From Deltaproteobacteria bacterium (GTDB lineage Bacteria; JAGRBM01; JAHCIT01), in assembly GCA_026129095.1 (NCBI GenBank), contig JAHCIT010000009.1, positions 1-64,000 on the forward strand: DNA of 64,000 bases. The letters are read 5' to 3'. Numbering within the stretch: the stretch's first letter is position 1; each line of letters opens with the position of its first letter. The notes under the pieces were generated by a model, which was not told the DNA's origin, did no database searches, and saw nothing but the letters and a program-made list of their open reading frames with translations. Below are positions 9,626 through 22,810 of this stretch, in pieces. The position numbers were made by a program, and so were the translations under genes.

Positions 9626-10436
9626 GGAGCGTTTCCTCTATCAGCCGGGCCAGAACTGGCTGCATTTCCTTTGACCTGGCGACCACATCGTCATGGGACA
9701 ATTTCCCGCCAAAACCCCCGGCAAGATTCGTTACCACCGACAACCCCAGCACCCGCATTCCCAGATGCCGAGCAGCGATAGCTTCGATTGCAGTGGACAT
9801 ACCTACGACATCACCGCCGAGCCGGGCAAACGCCTTCACCTCTGCCGGGGTTTCATATGATGGCCCGCGCACCTGGACATAGATGCCGTGCTTCATCCGG
9901 ACAGCTAGCCGGCGCGCTGCTCTCCGGGCAGCCTTCCTGAGTTTGAGATCATAAACCCAGTTCATGTCCGGAAACCTTGTACCCCAGCCTGCCACATGCT
10001 TTCCCTCCAGCGGATTGGCACCGGACAGGTTGATATGGTCATCAAGTATAACGATCTGGCCGGGCTTGTATTCACGGCGAAGCGACCCGGATGCGTTGGT
10101 CAGGACCAGATTCTTCACGCCCCATCGTGCCAGTGCCCGCACCAGCCGCACGCATGTTTCGGCCGAATGGCCTTCGTATAGATGAAGCCTTCCGCAGACC
10201 AGCAAGAAGTCCTTTTCGCCCGGACGGATCAGTTCCCCCCGATGCCCCTCAACAGACGGCCCAGGTATCCCCGGAAGATCAGAAGATGGTACCTTCACGG
10301 CGGGACTGCCCCCCGCAAGCATCTCCGCAACTTCACTTTGCCCTGACCCCAGAACTATCGCGGTGCCCGGAGGAGCACCAAACCGGCCTTCGAGTGCTGC
10401 GCGAAGGGCTTCGACGGCCGAGGTCCACGAATTCAT
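9579..10436 (-). CDS. punA: Purine nucleoside phosphorylase (trimeric type)
   Basis: VLGSG, GRLHLYEG, LTNASG, GPSYETPAE, VGMST and VTNLA. Confidence 0.93.
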   Translation of the reverse strand: MNSWTSAVEALRAALEGRFGAPPGTAIVLGSGQSEVAEMLAGGSPAVKVPSSDLPGIPGPSVEGHRGELIRPGEKDFLLVCGRLHLYEGHSAETCVRLVRALARWGVKNLVLTNASGSLRREYKPGQIVILDDHINLSGANPLEGKHVAGWGTRFPDMNWVYDLKLRKAARRAARRLAVRMKHGIYVQVRGPSYETPAEVKAFARLGGDVVGMSTAIEAIAARHLGMRVLGLSVVTNLAGGFGGKLSHDDVVARSKEMQPVLARLIEETLRVETLSPRPADRKRA

Positions 10437-10441
10437 TCCGT

Positions 10442-11758
10442 CTATCCTATCCGTTTCATTACCAGTGGCTTCGCACGAACGGGTGAAGCGGCCACTGCAA
10501 CGGCTCCCTTCAGGCTCTGAAGCGCATCATCCAACCTGGACCGGTGAGCGTAGTGCAATTCGAGAATTATATCACCGCGGGATACTTTCTGGCCGCTGCC
10601 TGCGTGGACAATGGCACCGGCAGCAGGGACAATTTTGTCTGAACGCCGGGCACGGCCAGCGCCCAGTAACCGCAGGGCTTCGCCGAACCGCCAGGTTTCC
10701 CGCCACTCCACCCATCCATCCCGTGATGCCGGCAGTACGAATGTCCTGTGGCGGGGAACTATCGACCACGGCCGGTTCATCCATTTTGTCTGTCCCCCTT
10801 GCGCCCTGACCATCCGGGCGAATGCCTCAAAGGCGGCTCCCGACGAAAGCACCGTAAAAAGCCTGCGCCGAGCGCTGTCATCGGTTTTTTCCACCTTGGC
10901 CATTCGCAGGAGCTCAGACCCGAGCCGCAGCGCCAGTTCCACGACCCGCGCCGAGCGCGGCGATACGTCTCCCCGGAGAATCTCGACGGCCTCTGCCACT
11001 TCAACTGCATTGCCGGCCGCCAAACCAAGCGGCTCATGCATATCAGTCACGAGCGCCCGGGCATCCAAACCAAGATCACGCGACACGCTCACCAGTGACC
11101 GGGCAAGATGGGCCGCACTCACACTGTCACGCATGAATGCGCCAGAGCCCGCCTTCACGTCATAAACAATATGAGCGACCCCCTCGGCGACCTTCTTGGA
11201 TACGATGCTTGCGGTAATCAGGGGGGTCGATTCGACCGTCGCCGTGGCATCACGGAGAGCATACAGGATGCGATCGGCTGGGGCGATGGAGGCCGACTGG
11301 CCCACGATTGCCCCTCCAGCGTATCTGATCACGGACTGGAATGACCGCAGTTCCAGCGCCGTCCGGAATCCGGGAATGGCTTCCATCTTGTCGATGGTAC
11401 CCCCGGTAAACCCAAGCGCCCTGCCCGCAATTGTCGGAACCCTGAGCCCGCAGGCAACAAGCATTGGTACCAGCAGAAGCGTTATCTTGTCGCCTTCTCC
11501 GCCGGTCGAATGCTTGTCCACCGTCGGAGGCGCGCCTCGCATCTTCCAGTTCAACTGGCGGCCAGAGGCCGCCATCGCACGCGTCAGCTCGACCGTTTCG
11601 TCCGGATCAAGCCCGCTCAGCCTCACCGCCATCAGCCAGGCAGACACCTGGTAATCAGGTACCGTATCGCGTACCAGTTCGCTCACAAATCTGGCAATGG
11701 CACCCGGTGGATGAGAACGGCTTTCTGCCTTGGTGCGGATAAAATCAACCACATTCAT
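10442..11758 (-). CDS. pdp: Pyrimidine-nucleoside/thymidine phosphorylase
   Basis: DYQVSAWLMA, DKHSTGGxGDK, GGTIDKME, LYALRDATATV, SIVSKK and DVKAGSGAFM. Confidence 0.93.
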   Translation of the reverse strand: MNVVDFIRTKAESRSHPPGAIARFVSELVRDTVPDYQVSAWLMAVRLSGLDPDETVELTRAMAASGRQLNWKMRGAPPTVDKHSTGGEGDKITLLLVPMLVACGLRVPTIAGRALGFTGGTIDKMEAIPGFRTALELRSFQSVIRYAGGAIVGQSASIAPADRILYALRDATATVESTPLITASIVSKKVAEGVAHIVYDVKAGSGAFMRDSVSAAHLARSLVSVSRDLGLDARALVTDMHEPLGLAAGNAVEVAEAVEILRGDVSPRSARVVELALRLGSELLRMAKVEKTDDSARRRLFTVLSSGAAFEAFARMVRAQGGQTKWMNRPWSIVPRHRTFVLPASRDGWVEWRETWRFGEALRLLGAGRARRSDKIVPAAGAIVHAGSGQKVSRGDIILELHYAHRSRLDDALQSLKGAVAVAASPVRAKPLVMKRIG

Positions 11759-12453
11759 GCGGGAATATCCCCAGACTTGCCGGCCACCGTGGCTTCATCC
11801 GGAATTACAATGCCCAGTTCCCGCTCCAGCCGGTTTAGTGCTGCCTCCGGGCCGAGCCGTTCACACAGATGCGATGAATAGAACGCCATGCGTAAGACCC
11901 GATTCTGGTCCGCATAGAAGAATGCAGGAACGACAGGGACACTGCTGCTTTCGGCAGCAATGGGGACGCATCCAAACTGTTCCGCGATCTTCCGGTCCGG
12001 ATCGGCGTGAATAACAACCGGCGCATCTCCGAGCGACAGCTTGAGCTTCTCTTCCATGTCATTCGCCACCAGATGGAGGCTGATGCCGCCCAGGAGCAGC
12101 TCTTCAGCCAGTGGACCCAGACCGTTGAGTTCCAGCCGGGAAAACGGCTCGTTTGTACCGGCATTCAGAACGATGACTGCTGGCCAGTTGGCACCCGGCA
12201 GGACTGCCGGCACCGGCATTCCGGCCGAAAGCCGTTTTTGCGGCCCAGCAAGCGGGGGATCTGGGAAACGCAAATAGATGAGGTAGAGGAATGACGGGAG
12301 TGCGAATCCAACGACCAGCGGGTTCCCGCCGTACATGACAACAAGGATGGCATTCAGAATGGCTGCGAGTGAAAGTCCGACAGGAAGAGGCGGATACCGT
12401 GAAAAGTCCCATGCGCGCCAGCAGGCCCACCAATGGGACACTGGCGCTGACAC
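11755..12453 (-). CDS. Membrane-anchored AhpC/TSA-like thioredoxin-fold protein lacking CxxC
   Basis: Two TM helices, then PAVIVL...EPFSRLEL, HADPDRKIAEQFG and PAFFYAD. 4-bp overlap with pdp. Confidence 0.5.
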   Translation of the reverse strand: MSAPVSHWWACWRAWDFSRYPPLPVGLSLAAILNAILVVMYGGNPLVVGFALPSFLYLIYLRFPDPPLAGPQKRLSAGMPVPAVLPGANWPAVIVLNAGTNEPFSRLELNGLGPLAEELLLGGISLHLVANDMEEKLKLSLGDAPVVIHADPDRKIAEQFGCVPIAAESSSVPVVPAFFYADQNRVLRMAFYSSHLCERLGPEAALNRLERELGIVIPDEATVAGKSGDIPA

Positions 12454-12513
12454 CGAAAAGGCGAGCGTAAGCAGGAGGGCGTGATTTAGCTGGATTGCAG
12501 ACAGAGGTTTTTC

Positions 12514-13356
12514 CTATCGGTTCAAGGACCAGTCGTACCGTCTGAACTCAAATCTTGCACTATGCGCATGCTCCCTTAGCCATTCGGCGGTTTTGGCATT
12601 ATCCAGCCATGACGCCAAAAACCGGGACAGGCCCGAAGGCATGCCCCCAAAATCATCCGCATAGTATTTGAAAATGGACGAGGTCGTCACCAGCTTTGTT
12701 CCACTATCAACCACCGTTTCGGCATTGATAAAGGCCCGGGTTGCCATACTGAGCTGGGTGTCGAGCCCCGTTTCTTCATAGAAGCCAATAGGCGGGCACC
12801 TTTTGGAGCCGCACACCAGCGCAAAATGAATACGGGGATCCAATCGCCCGAGGGCAAGGACGAGCTGAGACGAACCGGGTGCGAAGTACGGTCCAGATAA
12901 AGGATATGGCGGACGGGCGTTTGCCCGGAGAATCCCGTGCTCAATCATGTCAGCAGTCAGAATATGCCCGCCCACATCGTATGCCACACGGGAAAAAACG
13001 AGCGGAACCTCCCATACTGTGCTGCGTATGCCCAGTTCTGTAATCGCATCAATAATCATGGCATTATAAAGGTTGATCCAGAACGCCTTGGCTGCATCAT
13101 CCCTCTTCAGATTCAATGGATTGAACTGGCGCAGGTTCGCGGTGAGGGAGCGAATACCCTGCCATTCGGAACTCTCCCGAAGCCTCTGGTAGTCCACCCG
13201 GCCGGTTGCCGGATCGTAGAAGTCCCCTTTAAGCGATATCAGCCTCGACTGGAGTTCAGCCGCAAGAGTGGCTTCTGACGGTCCGGCCCTGGACGCTTCA
13301 GCCCGGTTCAGGATGATTTTCCAGCTCAACCCTTTCGGGAATGGCCTCAGTCTCAC
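12514..13356 (-). CDS. DUF547 family protein
   Basis: VDY, AFWINLYNA, IEHGILR, DPRIHFALVCGSxxCP and YDWSLN. Confidence 0.85.
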   Translation of the reverse strand: MRLRPFPKGLSWKIILNRAEASRAGPSEATLAAELQSRLISLKGDFYDPATGRVDYQRLRESSEWQGIRSLTANLRQFNPLNLKRDDAAKAFWINLYNAMIIDAITELGIRSTVWEVPLVFSRVAYDVGGHILTADMIEHGILRANARPPYPLSGPYFAPGSSQLVLALGRLDPRIHFALVCGSKRCPPIGFYEETGLDTQLSMATRAFINAETVVDSGTKLVTTSSIFKYYADDFGGMPSGLSRFLASWLDNAKTAEWLREHAHSARFEFRRYDWSLNR

Positions 13357-13501
13357 TGCTTGGACGCTCCCTCGCTGGTTCCATAAGCATTAACGGGACT
13401 TGGCCAGCCCGTCGGAATCCTTTATAACTCCCAATGACTGTCCCGTGAAACACCCTGTCAGCCATATGGTTGGCGGCCCTATTTTCAGAGGTTCTGGGTC
13501 C

Positions 13502-13954
13502 ATGTTCAACAACAAGAAAGATTCCACCTCCACCGGGAGCAAGGTCGCGGGACTGATTGGCGGTACGCCCAAGCATACATTGACGGCACTCCTCGATGCC
13601 GGAACGGCATTTGAAGGACGACTGACCTTTTCGGGGACTATCCATATCAATGGCAAGTTCACTGGAGAAATATCCGGTAATGACCACCTTGTTGTTCTGG
13701 ATAAGGGAACCGTCAACGGCGAAATCGAGGTAGGCACCCTGGAAATCGCCGGTGAAGTCACCGGCCAGGTCCGGGTTCGCGAGAAGATAATCATTACCTC
13801 TACTGGCCGCTTCCGTGGAGAACTGGAAGCCCCTGCGGGCAGCCTCGAAATCCACAACGGCGCGAACTTCGAGGGCACCTGCCGGATGGGTGCGACTACT
13901 TCGGGTACCTCCCGGCTTACCCTTGCCGCCGCAGAACCCAGTCGTGGGAAATAG
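13502..13954 (+). CDS. Bactofilin (polymer-forming cytoskeletal protein)
   Basis: LLDAGTAFEGRLTFSGTIHINGKFTGEI...GANFEGTCRM beta-helix pattern. Start ATG 13502 preferred. Confidence 0.88.
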   Translation: MFNNKKDSTSTGSKVAGLIGGTPKHTLTALLDAGTAFEGRLTFSGTIHINGKFTGEISGNDHLVVLDKGTVNGEIEVGTLEIAGEVTGQVRVREKIIITSTGRFRGELEAPAGSLEIHNGANFEGTCRMGATTSGTSRLTLAAAEPSRGK

Positions 13955-14024
13955 CGGGATTTCGCCAGCCTGGAATGGCTGGAATGGGTATTCCGGTCAG
14001 CGTTCACCAATCGTTCAAACAGTC

Positions 14025-14053
14025 TTGACTTGAAGCAGTCCGGCGGATATTCG
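14025..14053 (+). promoter_or_regulatory. Possible promoter of atp operon
   Basis: TTGACT-17 bp-TATTCG about 110 bp upstream of atpF'. The -10 is imperfect. Confidence 0.25.
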
Positions 14054-14162
14054 CTAGGCCGCTTGGAACGGAACAACGCGCAGTTCCGCCAACTGCCGGA
14101 TGCTTCTGACGCCCTGTTTCCGGCCCAAAATCACGTTCTTTGCACACTCAAAGGGGAGATGA

Positions 14163-14633
14163 GTGGACTCTCTGATCGAAACGCTCAGCCATCCGCTTCC
14201 CGGCTTTGAAGGCCAGATACCACTTTCCTTCTTTTTCATGCTCCCGATCTTCTGGATCGCGGTTGTCGCCCTGAACAAACTGATGTTCGAGCCGGTGCTT
14301 GCGACGGTTGAACGCCGCAAAGCCGCCTCCACGGGTGCCAGTCAAGGTGCAGCTACCCTTCAGGTGGAGGCCGACACACTCGCCCGTGACTATGCGGCCC
14401 GCGTGAAAAACGCGACCGACGAAGCCATGACCATGCGGGAAAAACTCATCGGGCAAGCCCGCTCCGAGTGTGAGCAGAAACTCCTTCAGGCCCGCACCGA
14501 AGCGGAGCGGAATCTCGACAATTCGCGCAATACCATCCGCAACGAGGCCGAGACCACCCGGGTTGAGCTTCGCAATGAAATCGAGCGCATCGCGACCGAA
14601 ATGGCCCGCAAGGTAATCGGAGGGGCTGCATGA
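14163..14633 (+). CDS. atpF: ATP synthase F0 subunit b'
   Basis: N-terminal TM (LNKLMFEPV), coiled-coil body, first gene of the atp cluster. Confidence 0.85.
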   Translation: MDSLIETLSHPLPGFEGQIPLSFFFMLPIFWIAVVALNKLMFEPVLATVERRKAASTGASQGAATLQVEADTLARDYAARVKNATDEAMTMREKLIGQARSECEQKLLQARTEAERNLDNSRNTIRNEAETTRVELRNEIERIATEMARKVIGGAA

Positions 14634-15193
14634 TCTGCCGTCCGGTTACCCTCGGGTTAACATTCGCACTCCTTCCGGTATCAGCGGCTTATGCAGCCGG
14701 AAACGGGGAGCACTCCTTCGGCCATACGGTCATTGTTGGAGTGGTAAACTCGGGCATACTTTTCACGGCCCTGATCTTCGCACTCCGCAAGCCGCTAAGA
14801 GAGTATTTTTCCACACGTGCCCGCGACTTGAAGGAAGCCATCGAAGCAGCCGGCAAGGCCAGGGTCGAAGCAGAGCGCCTGCTCGCTGAGGCCAAAGACA
14901 AAATTGCCAAGGCCGATGCCGATGTAGCAACCCTCCGCCAGCGGTTTGAGACGGAAGCAAAGGCCGAGAGTGAACATCTCCGCCGGGAAGCCGAAAAGAC
15001 TGCCACCCGGATAGTTGAGGATGCCAGGGCCATGGCCGAAGGCGAGCGCGAGCGCGCACTGATCGCCCTGCGGGCCGAGGCCAACCGGCTGGCAACCGAA
15101 CTGGCCGAGCAGAAAGCCCGGTCCACCATTACTGCCAACGACCAGACACGGCTCGCCGGGGAGTTCGTGACCCGTCTTGGAGGCGTGCAATGA
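14630..15193 (+). CDS. atpF: ATP synthase F0 subunit b
   Basis: TM segment then RKPLREYFSTR, charged coiled coil, position before atpH. Confidence 0.88.
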   Translation: MICRPVTLGLTFALLPVSAAYAAGNGEHSFGHTVIVGVVNSGILFTALIFALRKPLREYFSTRARDLKEAIEAAGKARVEAERLLAEAKDKIAKADADVATLRQRFETEAKAESEHLRREAEKTATRIVEDARAMAEGERERALIALRAEANRLATELAEQKARSTITANDQTRLAGEFVTRLGGVQ

Positions 15194-15729
15194 TCAACCG
15201 CGCCGTTGCCAAACGCTATGCCCGTGCGCTGATTGAAGAAACCGGCGCCGCGGCACCGGCGGCACTAGCCGCCTTGACAGATCTGGATGCCGAGATTCGG
15301 GGGCACGCACATCTCGAAAAACTGCTCTATGGGGGGCTATTCAGTACGGCCCAGCGGCTGGCCGTATTTGAGGACATTGCGGGCAAGCTTGGGATGCCCA
15401 AGGCTGCCGTCAACCTGGTCAAAATACTGATCGTGCACAATCGTACACGGGTACTCCCGGTTATTATTGATGAATTCCAGCGTCTTGCCGACGAAAAAGC
15501 CGGCATCGCCAGGGCCCAGATCGCAAGTGCCTCAGAACTGTCCGGTGAAATCCGTAGCAAGCTGCAAGTCCAGCTGGAACGGATTGCAAGACGCAAGGTC
15601 GAGTGCAGTTACGCGCTCGATCCGGATCTGATCGGCGGGGTTCGGGCACGTATCGGTGACACCGTGCTGGACGGGACCGTCCGGACGCAACTCCAGAAGC
15701 TGTCACGGCGCATTGAGCAGGGAACCTGA
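15190..15729 (+). CDS. atpH: ATP synthase F1 delta
   Basis: VAKRYARAL and DPDLIGGVRARIGDTVLDGTVRTQL. Confidence 0.95.
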   Translation: MINRAVAKRYARALIEETGAAAPAALAALTDLDAEIRGHAHLEKLLYGGLFSTAQRLAVFEDIAGKLGMPKAAVNLVKILIVHNRTRVLPVIIDEFQRLADEKAGIARAQIASASELSGEIRSKLQVQLERIARRKVECSYALDPDLIGGVRARIGDTVLDGTVRTQLQKLSRRIEQGT

Positions 15730-15738
15730 GCAGGTTCC
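15721..15738 (+). other. Hairpin at atpH/atpA junction
   Basis: Inverted repeat GGAACCTG-AG-CAGGTTCC over the atpH stop codon; no U-tract. Confidence 0.5.
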
Positions 15739-15812
15739 GGAACAGGATTTAACGCCGTGTGGCGTCCCAATACGGGCTCTGCATGGACAAACTGACGCAA
15801 GCGGGACTGTAA

Positions 15813-17363
<1,551 letters not shown>

Positions 17364-17413
17364 TCCCAGCAACCGGAGCAGCCACCTAACCCATCACACG
17401 GAGCCTTGTCCCG

Positions 17414-18283
17414 ATGCCGAGCCTGAAAACCTACCGCACGCGCATCAAGTCTGTGAAGAACACGCAGAAGATCACGCGTGCGATGAAGCTCGTTTCGGCC
17501 GCCAAGCTCCGCCGCGCCCAGATGGCCGCTCTCAATCACCGGGAATATGCCAACGGTCTGCGCCGGATCATTACTGAGATGGCCCGGCGCGCTGAACATC
17601 GTGGCCACCCCCTGCTCCAGCAACCGGAAAATGGAGCTGACCTGATTGTTCTGGTAACCTCAGACAGGGGCCTGTGCGGCGGCTTCAACGGGAATCTCAG
17701 TCGGCGCCTTCGCGGGCAGATCATGCCTGACGACCAGTTACCCTCCCCTGAGAATATCCAGATCCGTTTTGTGGGCCGCAAGGGGCAGGAGTTTTTCAAG
17801 GCCTGGGGCTGGAAATCTGATTCCAGCGTCCCGTCCACATCCCCGACATCGCCCAAAGCCGCCCAGGAACTGGAACGGTTCGTGGTAGAAGGATTTACGG
17901 GTGGGAAATACCGGTCGGTCACTATCGCCTACAACAAGTTTAAGTCGGCAATTGCCCAGGAAATCACTTTCGAGAAGCTCCTGCCCATCAGTGTTGAAAA
18001 CGATCCGGCAGTTCCGGCACCACCAGACTACATCTATGAGCCTGCCCGTGAGGAGATACTCTCCACGCTGCTGCCACGATATGTGGCAAGCTGCATACAG
18101 CAGGCAATTCTGGAATCGGTGGCGTCTGAACATGCCGCCCGGATGACGGCGATGGAGAGCGCGACAAAGAACTGTTCGGAAGCGATTGGCTCGCTAACGC
18201 TCCAGATGAACCGTGCCCGCCAGGCACTGATCACCAAGGAGTTGATGGAGATCATCGGCGGCGCCGAGTCGCTCAAGGGTTGA
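17414..18283 (+). CDS. atpG: ATP synthase F1 gamma
   Basis: KITRAMKLVSAAK, TSDRGLCGGFN and RQALITKELMEIIGGA. Confidence 0.98.
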   Translation: MPSLKTYRTRIKSVKNTQKITRAMKLVSAAKLRRAQMAALNHREYANGLRRIITEMARRAEHRGHPLLQQPENGADLIVLVTSDRGLCGGFNGNLSRRLRGQIMPDDQLPSPENIQIRFVGRKGQEFFKAWGWKSDSSVPSTSPTSPKAAQELERFVVEGFTGGKYRSVTIAYNKFKSAIAQEITFEKLLPISVENDPAVPAPPDYIYEPAREEILSTLLPRYVASCIQQAILESVASEHAARMTAMESATKNCSEAIGSLTLQMNRARQALITKELMEIIGGAESLKG

Positions 18284-18298
18284 AATTTCTAGCGAAAC

Positions 18299-19837
<1,539 letters not shown>

Positions 19838-19870
19838 GTGGCCCGGCGCTAGCGAGGGAGTCAACCAGAA

Positions 19871-20293
19871 ATGGCCGTAGCTGGACCGTTCCACTGTGAG
19901 GTGATTACCCCTTTCCGGAAGGCGGCATCACTTGATGTCATAGAGGTGATTGCTCCGGCGGCCAGCGGGGAAGTCGGTATACTTCCTGGCCACACGCCTT
20001 TCCTGGCAATGCTGGGCAGCGGCCCCCTTCGCCTGCGTGAACCGGGCGGCAAGGAGCACATCTTCGCCTGCCACGGTGGCTTCCTGCAGGTAAGTGAAAA
20101 GGGGGTTGTCGTGCTTGCCGACAAGGCCGAATCCCTCGACGAACTCGATCCTGTGGAGATCGAAAAACAGCGTAACGAGCTTGAGCACGTGCTGAAATCC
20201 ATCTCGTTCACGAGCGAGGATTACGCCCGGACGGTTTCCAATATCGAGGAAAACCGGACCCGTGCCCACGTTGCACGCCAAAAGACGCACTAA
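19871..20293 (+). CDS. atpC: ATP synthase F1 epsilon
   Basis: GEVGILPGHTPF, GGFLQV and VVLADKAE; follows atpD. Confidence 0.95.
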   Translation: MAVAGPFHCEVITPFRKAASLDVIEVIAPAASGEVGILPGHTPFLAMLGSGPLRLREPGGKEHIFACHGGFLQVSEKGVVVLADKAESLDELDPVEIEKQRNELEHVLKSISFTSEDYARTVSNIEENRTRAHVARQKTH

Positions 20294-20295
20294 CT

Positions 20296-22770
20296 CTATT
20301 TGTATTTCCATCGGTCCCCGGCGGGACCATAGTTAGTCGTGTGGAGATAGCCAGGGTCCATATCGGTATACCCAGCAGCACGTACCGTTTCGATCAGACG
20401 GACACGTGAAACACGGTTTGGATCGAACCTGACGTTCAGTATCTGTTTCCTGCGATCCATCCGGGCCTCCAGAAACCCATTCAGTTCTGCCAGATGGCTT
20501 CTCAGCTTTCGTTCGTCTTCATCACTCTGGACATTGCAGGTCAGCACTCTGGCTTCATTCTCCGGCAGAGCCTCCTCGATACTAGGCACCCACTCCGTAG
20601 CCGCGGATGGTGTTTCCGTACCCCCCGGCTGGAACCGGGTGAGCCGGAGGGCATTTGTTACTACCAGCACCGACGAAAGCGACATGGCGAGCGCCCCATA
20701 CATGGGGGGAAGGAGGCCTGCCGCAGCTACGGGAATCGCAACGGCATTGAACAGGAATGCCCAGACAAGATTCTGCCGTATATTGGACGCGCACTCCCTG
20801 GCCCCTTCCAGTGCGTCAGCGAGCAGATTCATATCATTTCGCAGAAGGACGATATCCGCTGCAGCCTGGGCGGCGCTGGTGCCCGTCCCCATCCCGATGG
20901 ACAGATCGGCTGCCTGCAGGGCCGCCGTGTCATTGATCCCGTCACCAACCATGGCTACCGGGCCCAGTTCCGAGCGTATCTTCTGGATACGGTCGAGCTT
21001 GGCCGCTGGTAACTCATTCGCATGAAACCGGGAGATCCCAAGCGTCTTTGCCACCAGCCCCGCGGCCTGTTCGTTGTCGCCAGTGGAAAGCACCGGCTCT
21101 ATTCCAGAAGCCCGGAGCCGCGAAACAGCGTTTTCCGCTCCACTACGTATCGGGTCATTCAGGTAGAATATGCCGCCAAGTTTGCCATCTATTGCGACAT
21201 AGCTACGTGTGGCGTGCGGATGCAGTCCGATCATCCGGAGCAGGTGCGACCGGTCAATCTGATGCCGGGTGACGACATATTCCCGGGAACCCACTGCCAC
21301 GGCCTTCCCGTTCCACTGGGCGGAGATTCCTTCGCCGGGAAAGTTCATTATCTCCGTAAGTGTTATATCCGCGAGATTTCGGGGCGAGAGATACCGCTCA
21401 ATGGCCCGGGCAAGGGGATGCTCGCTTCGCCGCTCCAATGCCAGTGCAACAGCCAGCACCTCATCCTGCGGGATAATCCGTGACTGGTGGACATATTCAA
21501 CCACCTCCGGAAGACCTTGCGTAAGCGTCCCCGTCTTATCCAGAACAATTGCCCTGAGCTGCGGCGATTGCTCAATGGCTTTGCCGCTCCGGATCAGGAT
21601 CCCCCGCCTGGCCGCCCAACCCGCCAGTGCGGAAACCGCCGCAGGCGTGGCCAGTCCCAAAGCGCAAGGGCAGGCAATCACCAGCACCGTGACCGCCGGG
21701 ACAAGAGCTTCTGCCAAGTCTCCGGTGAGATACCACCAGATACCAAATGTTAGCCCCGCAATCGCGGCAGTCACCGGAACGAACCAGGCCGAAACCCGGT
21801 CGGCCAGCTTCTGGATGCCAGGGCGGATATTCTGGCCTTCACGGGCCAGCCGGATGAGATTCCCGTGGAAACTCGATTCTCCGGTAGCTGTCACCCGGAT
21901 CGTCAGCGGGGCGTCATTATTGACAGATCCGGCGATAATTCTCGACCCAGACTCCTTCAGAACCGGCAGTGGCTCTCCGGTCAGAAGTGCGGTACTGACT
22001 GACGAACGTCCGCCGGTTACCTCCCCATCTGCCGGGACCGCCTCCCCCGGGCGGACAATGATGAGATCGCCGGGAACAAGTGCCGTGGCAGGCACATCAT
22101 CAGGTTCACTGCCGGCGCCAAGCCGGTGAGCCCACTGGGGAATTGCCTTTTCCAGCTCCTCAAGTGATTCCCCCGTCCGCCGGGAAACCTTTTCCTCCAG
22201 ATATTTCCCCATCGTGACAAATGAGAGAATGAGGCCCGCTGCCGGGAAATCCACCAGCCGGTGATCGTCCAGCGCTATTCCAGCCCAGCCGGCCATGAAG
22301 GCTGTTCCGCTACCCATGGCGACCAGAGAGTCCATGTTCAGGGTCCCCCGCACCGCTGCCCGGAAAGCCCGGCTGTAAATGGCACGGCCAGGCCCCACAA
22401 CGATAGCGGTAGCCAACGCACCGGATACCAGCATCACGGCAGCCCCGTGACCGGCAAAATGAAGGGCCAGAAGCGGAACTGAGAGAATCAGGGCGATAAT
22501 TGCATTCTGGCGAGCTGCGTTCACCCGGATGGCAGAGCCGGATTCATCGGTATTGCTTGAGCCCATCGGGCGAAGTTCATAGCCAAGGGACCGAACCGCC
22601 GTCTCCATAGCTTTGATATCAGCCTCACCACTTACCTGCGCCTGCTTGGCAGCAAAGTTGACGGCGCAGGATTCCACGCCGGGGATGCTTCTCAAGGCAT
22701 CCTCGACACGCACTGCACACGATGCACAGTGCATCCCTTCAACCTGATAGTGGTGAACACTGCCCATGAT
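20296..22770 (-). CDS. copA: Heavy-metal P1B-type ATPase (CopA-like)
   Basis: GMHCASC HMA domain, TGEP, CPCALGLA, DKTGT, SEHP, GDGIND and MSLSS. Confidence 0.88.
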   Translation of the reverse strand: MMGSVHHYQVEGMHCASCAVRVEDALRSIPGVESCAVNFAAKQAQVSGEADIKAMETAVRSLGYELRPMGSSNTDESGSAIRVNAARQNAIIALILSVPLLALHFAGHGAAVMLVSGALATAIVVGPGRAIYSRAFRAAVRGTLNMDSLVAMGSGTAFMAGWAGIALDDHRLVDFPAAGLILSFVTMGKYLEEKVSRRTGESLEELEKAIPQWAHRLGAGSEPDDVPATALVPGDLIIVRPGEAVPADGEVTGGRSSVSTALLTGEPLPVLKESGSRIIAGSVNNDAPLTIRVTATGESSFHGNLIRLAREGQNIRPGIQKLADRVSAWFVPVTAAIAGLTFGIWWYLTGDLAEALVPAVTVLVIACPCALGLATPAAVSALAGWAARRGILIRSGKAIEQSPQLRAIVLDKTGTLTQGLPEVVEYVHQSRIIPQDEVLAVALALERRSEHPLARAIERYLSPRNLADITLTEIMNFPGEGISAQWNGKAVAVGSREYVVTRHQIDRSHLLRMIGLHPHATRSYVAIDGKLGGIFYLNDPIRSGAENAVSRLRASGIEPVLSTGDNEQAAGLVAKTLGISRFHANELPAAKLDRIQKIRSELGPVAMVGDGINDTAALQAADLSIGMGTGTSAAQAAADIVLLRNDMNLLADALEGARECASNIRQNLVWAFLFNAVAIPVAAAGLLPPMYGALAMSLSSVLVVTNALRLTRFQPGGTETPSAATEWVPSIEEALPENEARVLTCNVQSDEDERKLRSHLAELNGFLEARMDRRKQILNVRFDPNRVSRVRLIETVRAAGYTDMDPGYLHTTNYGPAGDRWKYK

Positions 22771-22810
22771 TGCCACTATCTTAACACGGCAAAAACCGGC
22801 GGGGGTAGGT

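Noticed and set aside
13970-13987. Tandem CTGGAATGG x2
   Set aside because: Two 9-bp copies only; no array or spacers.
13298-14076. Minus-strand ORFs of 185 and 228 aa
   Set aside because: They are antisense to the bactofilin and have no recognisable motifs.
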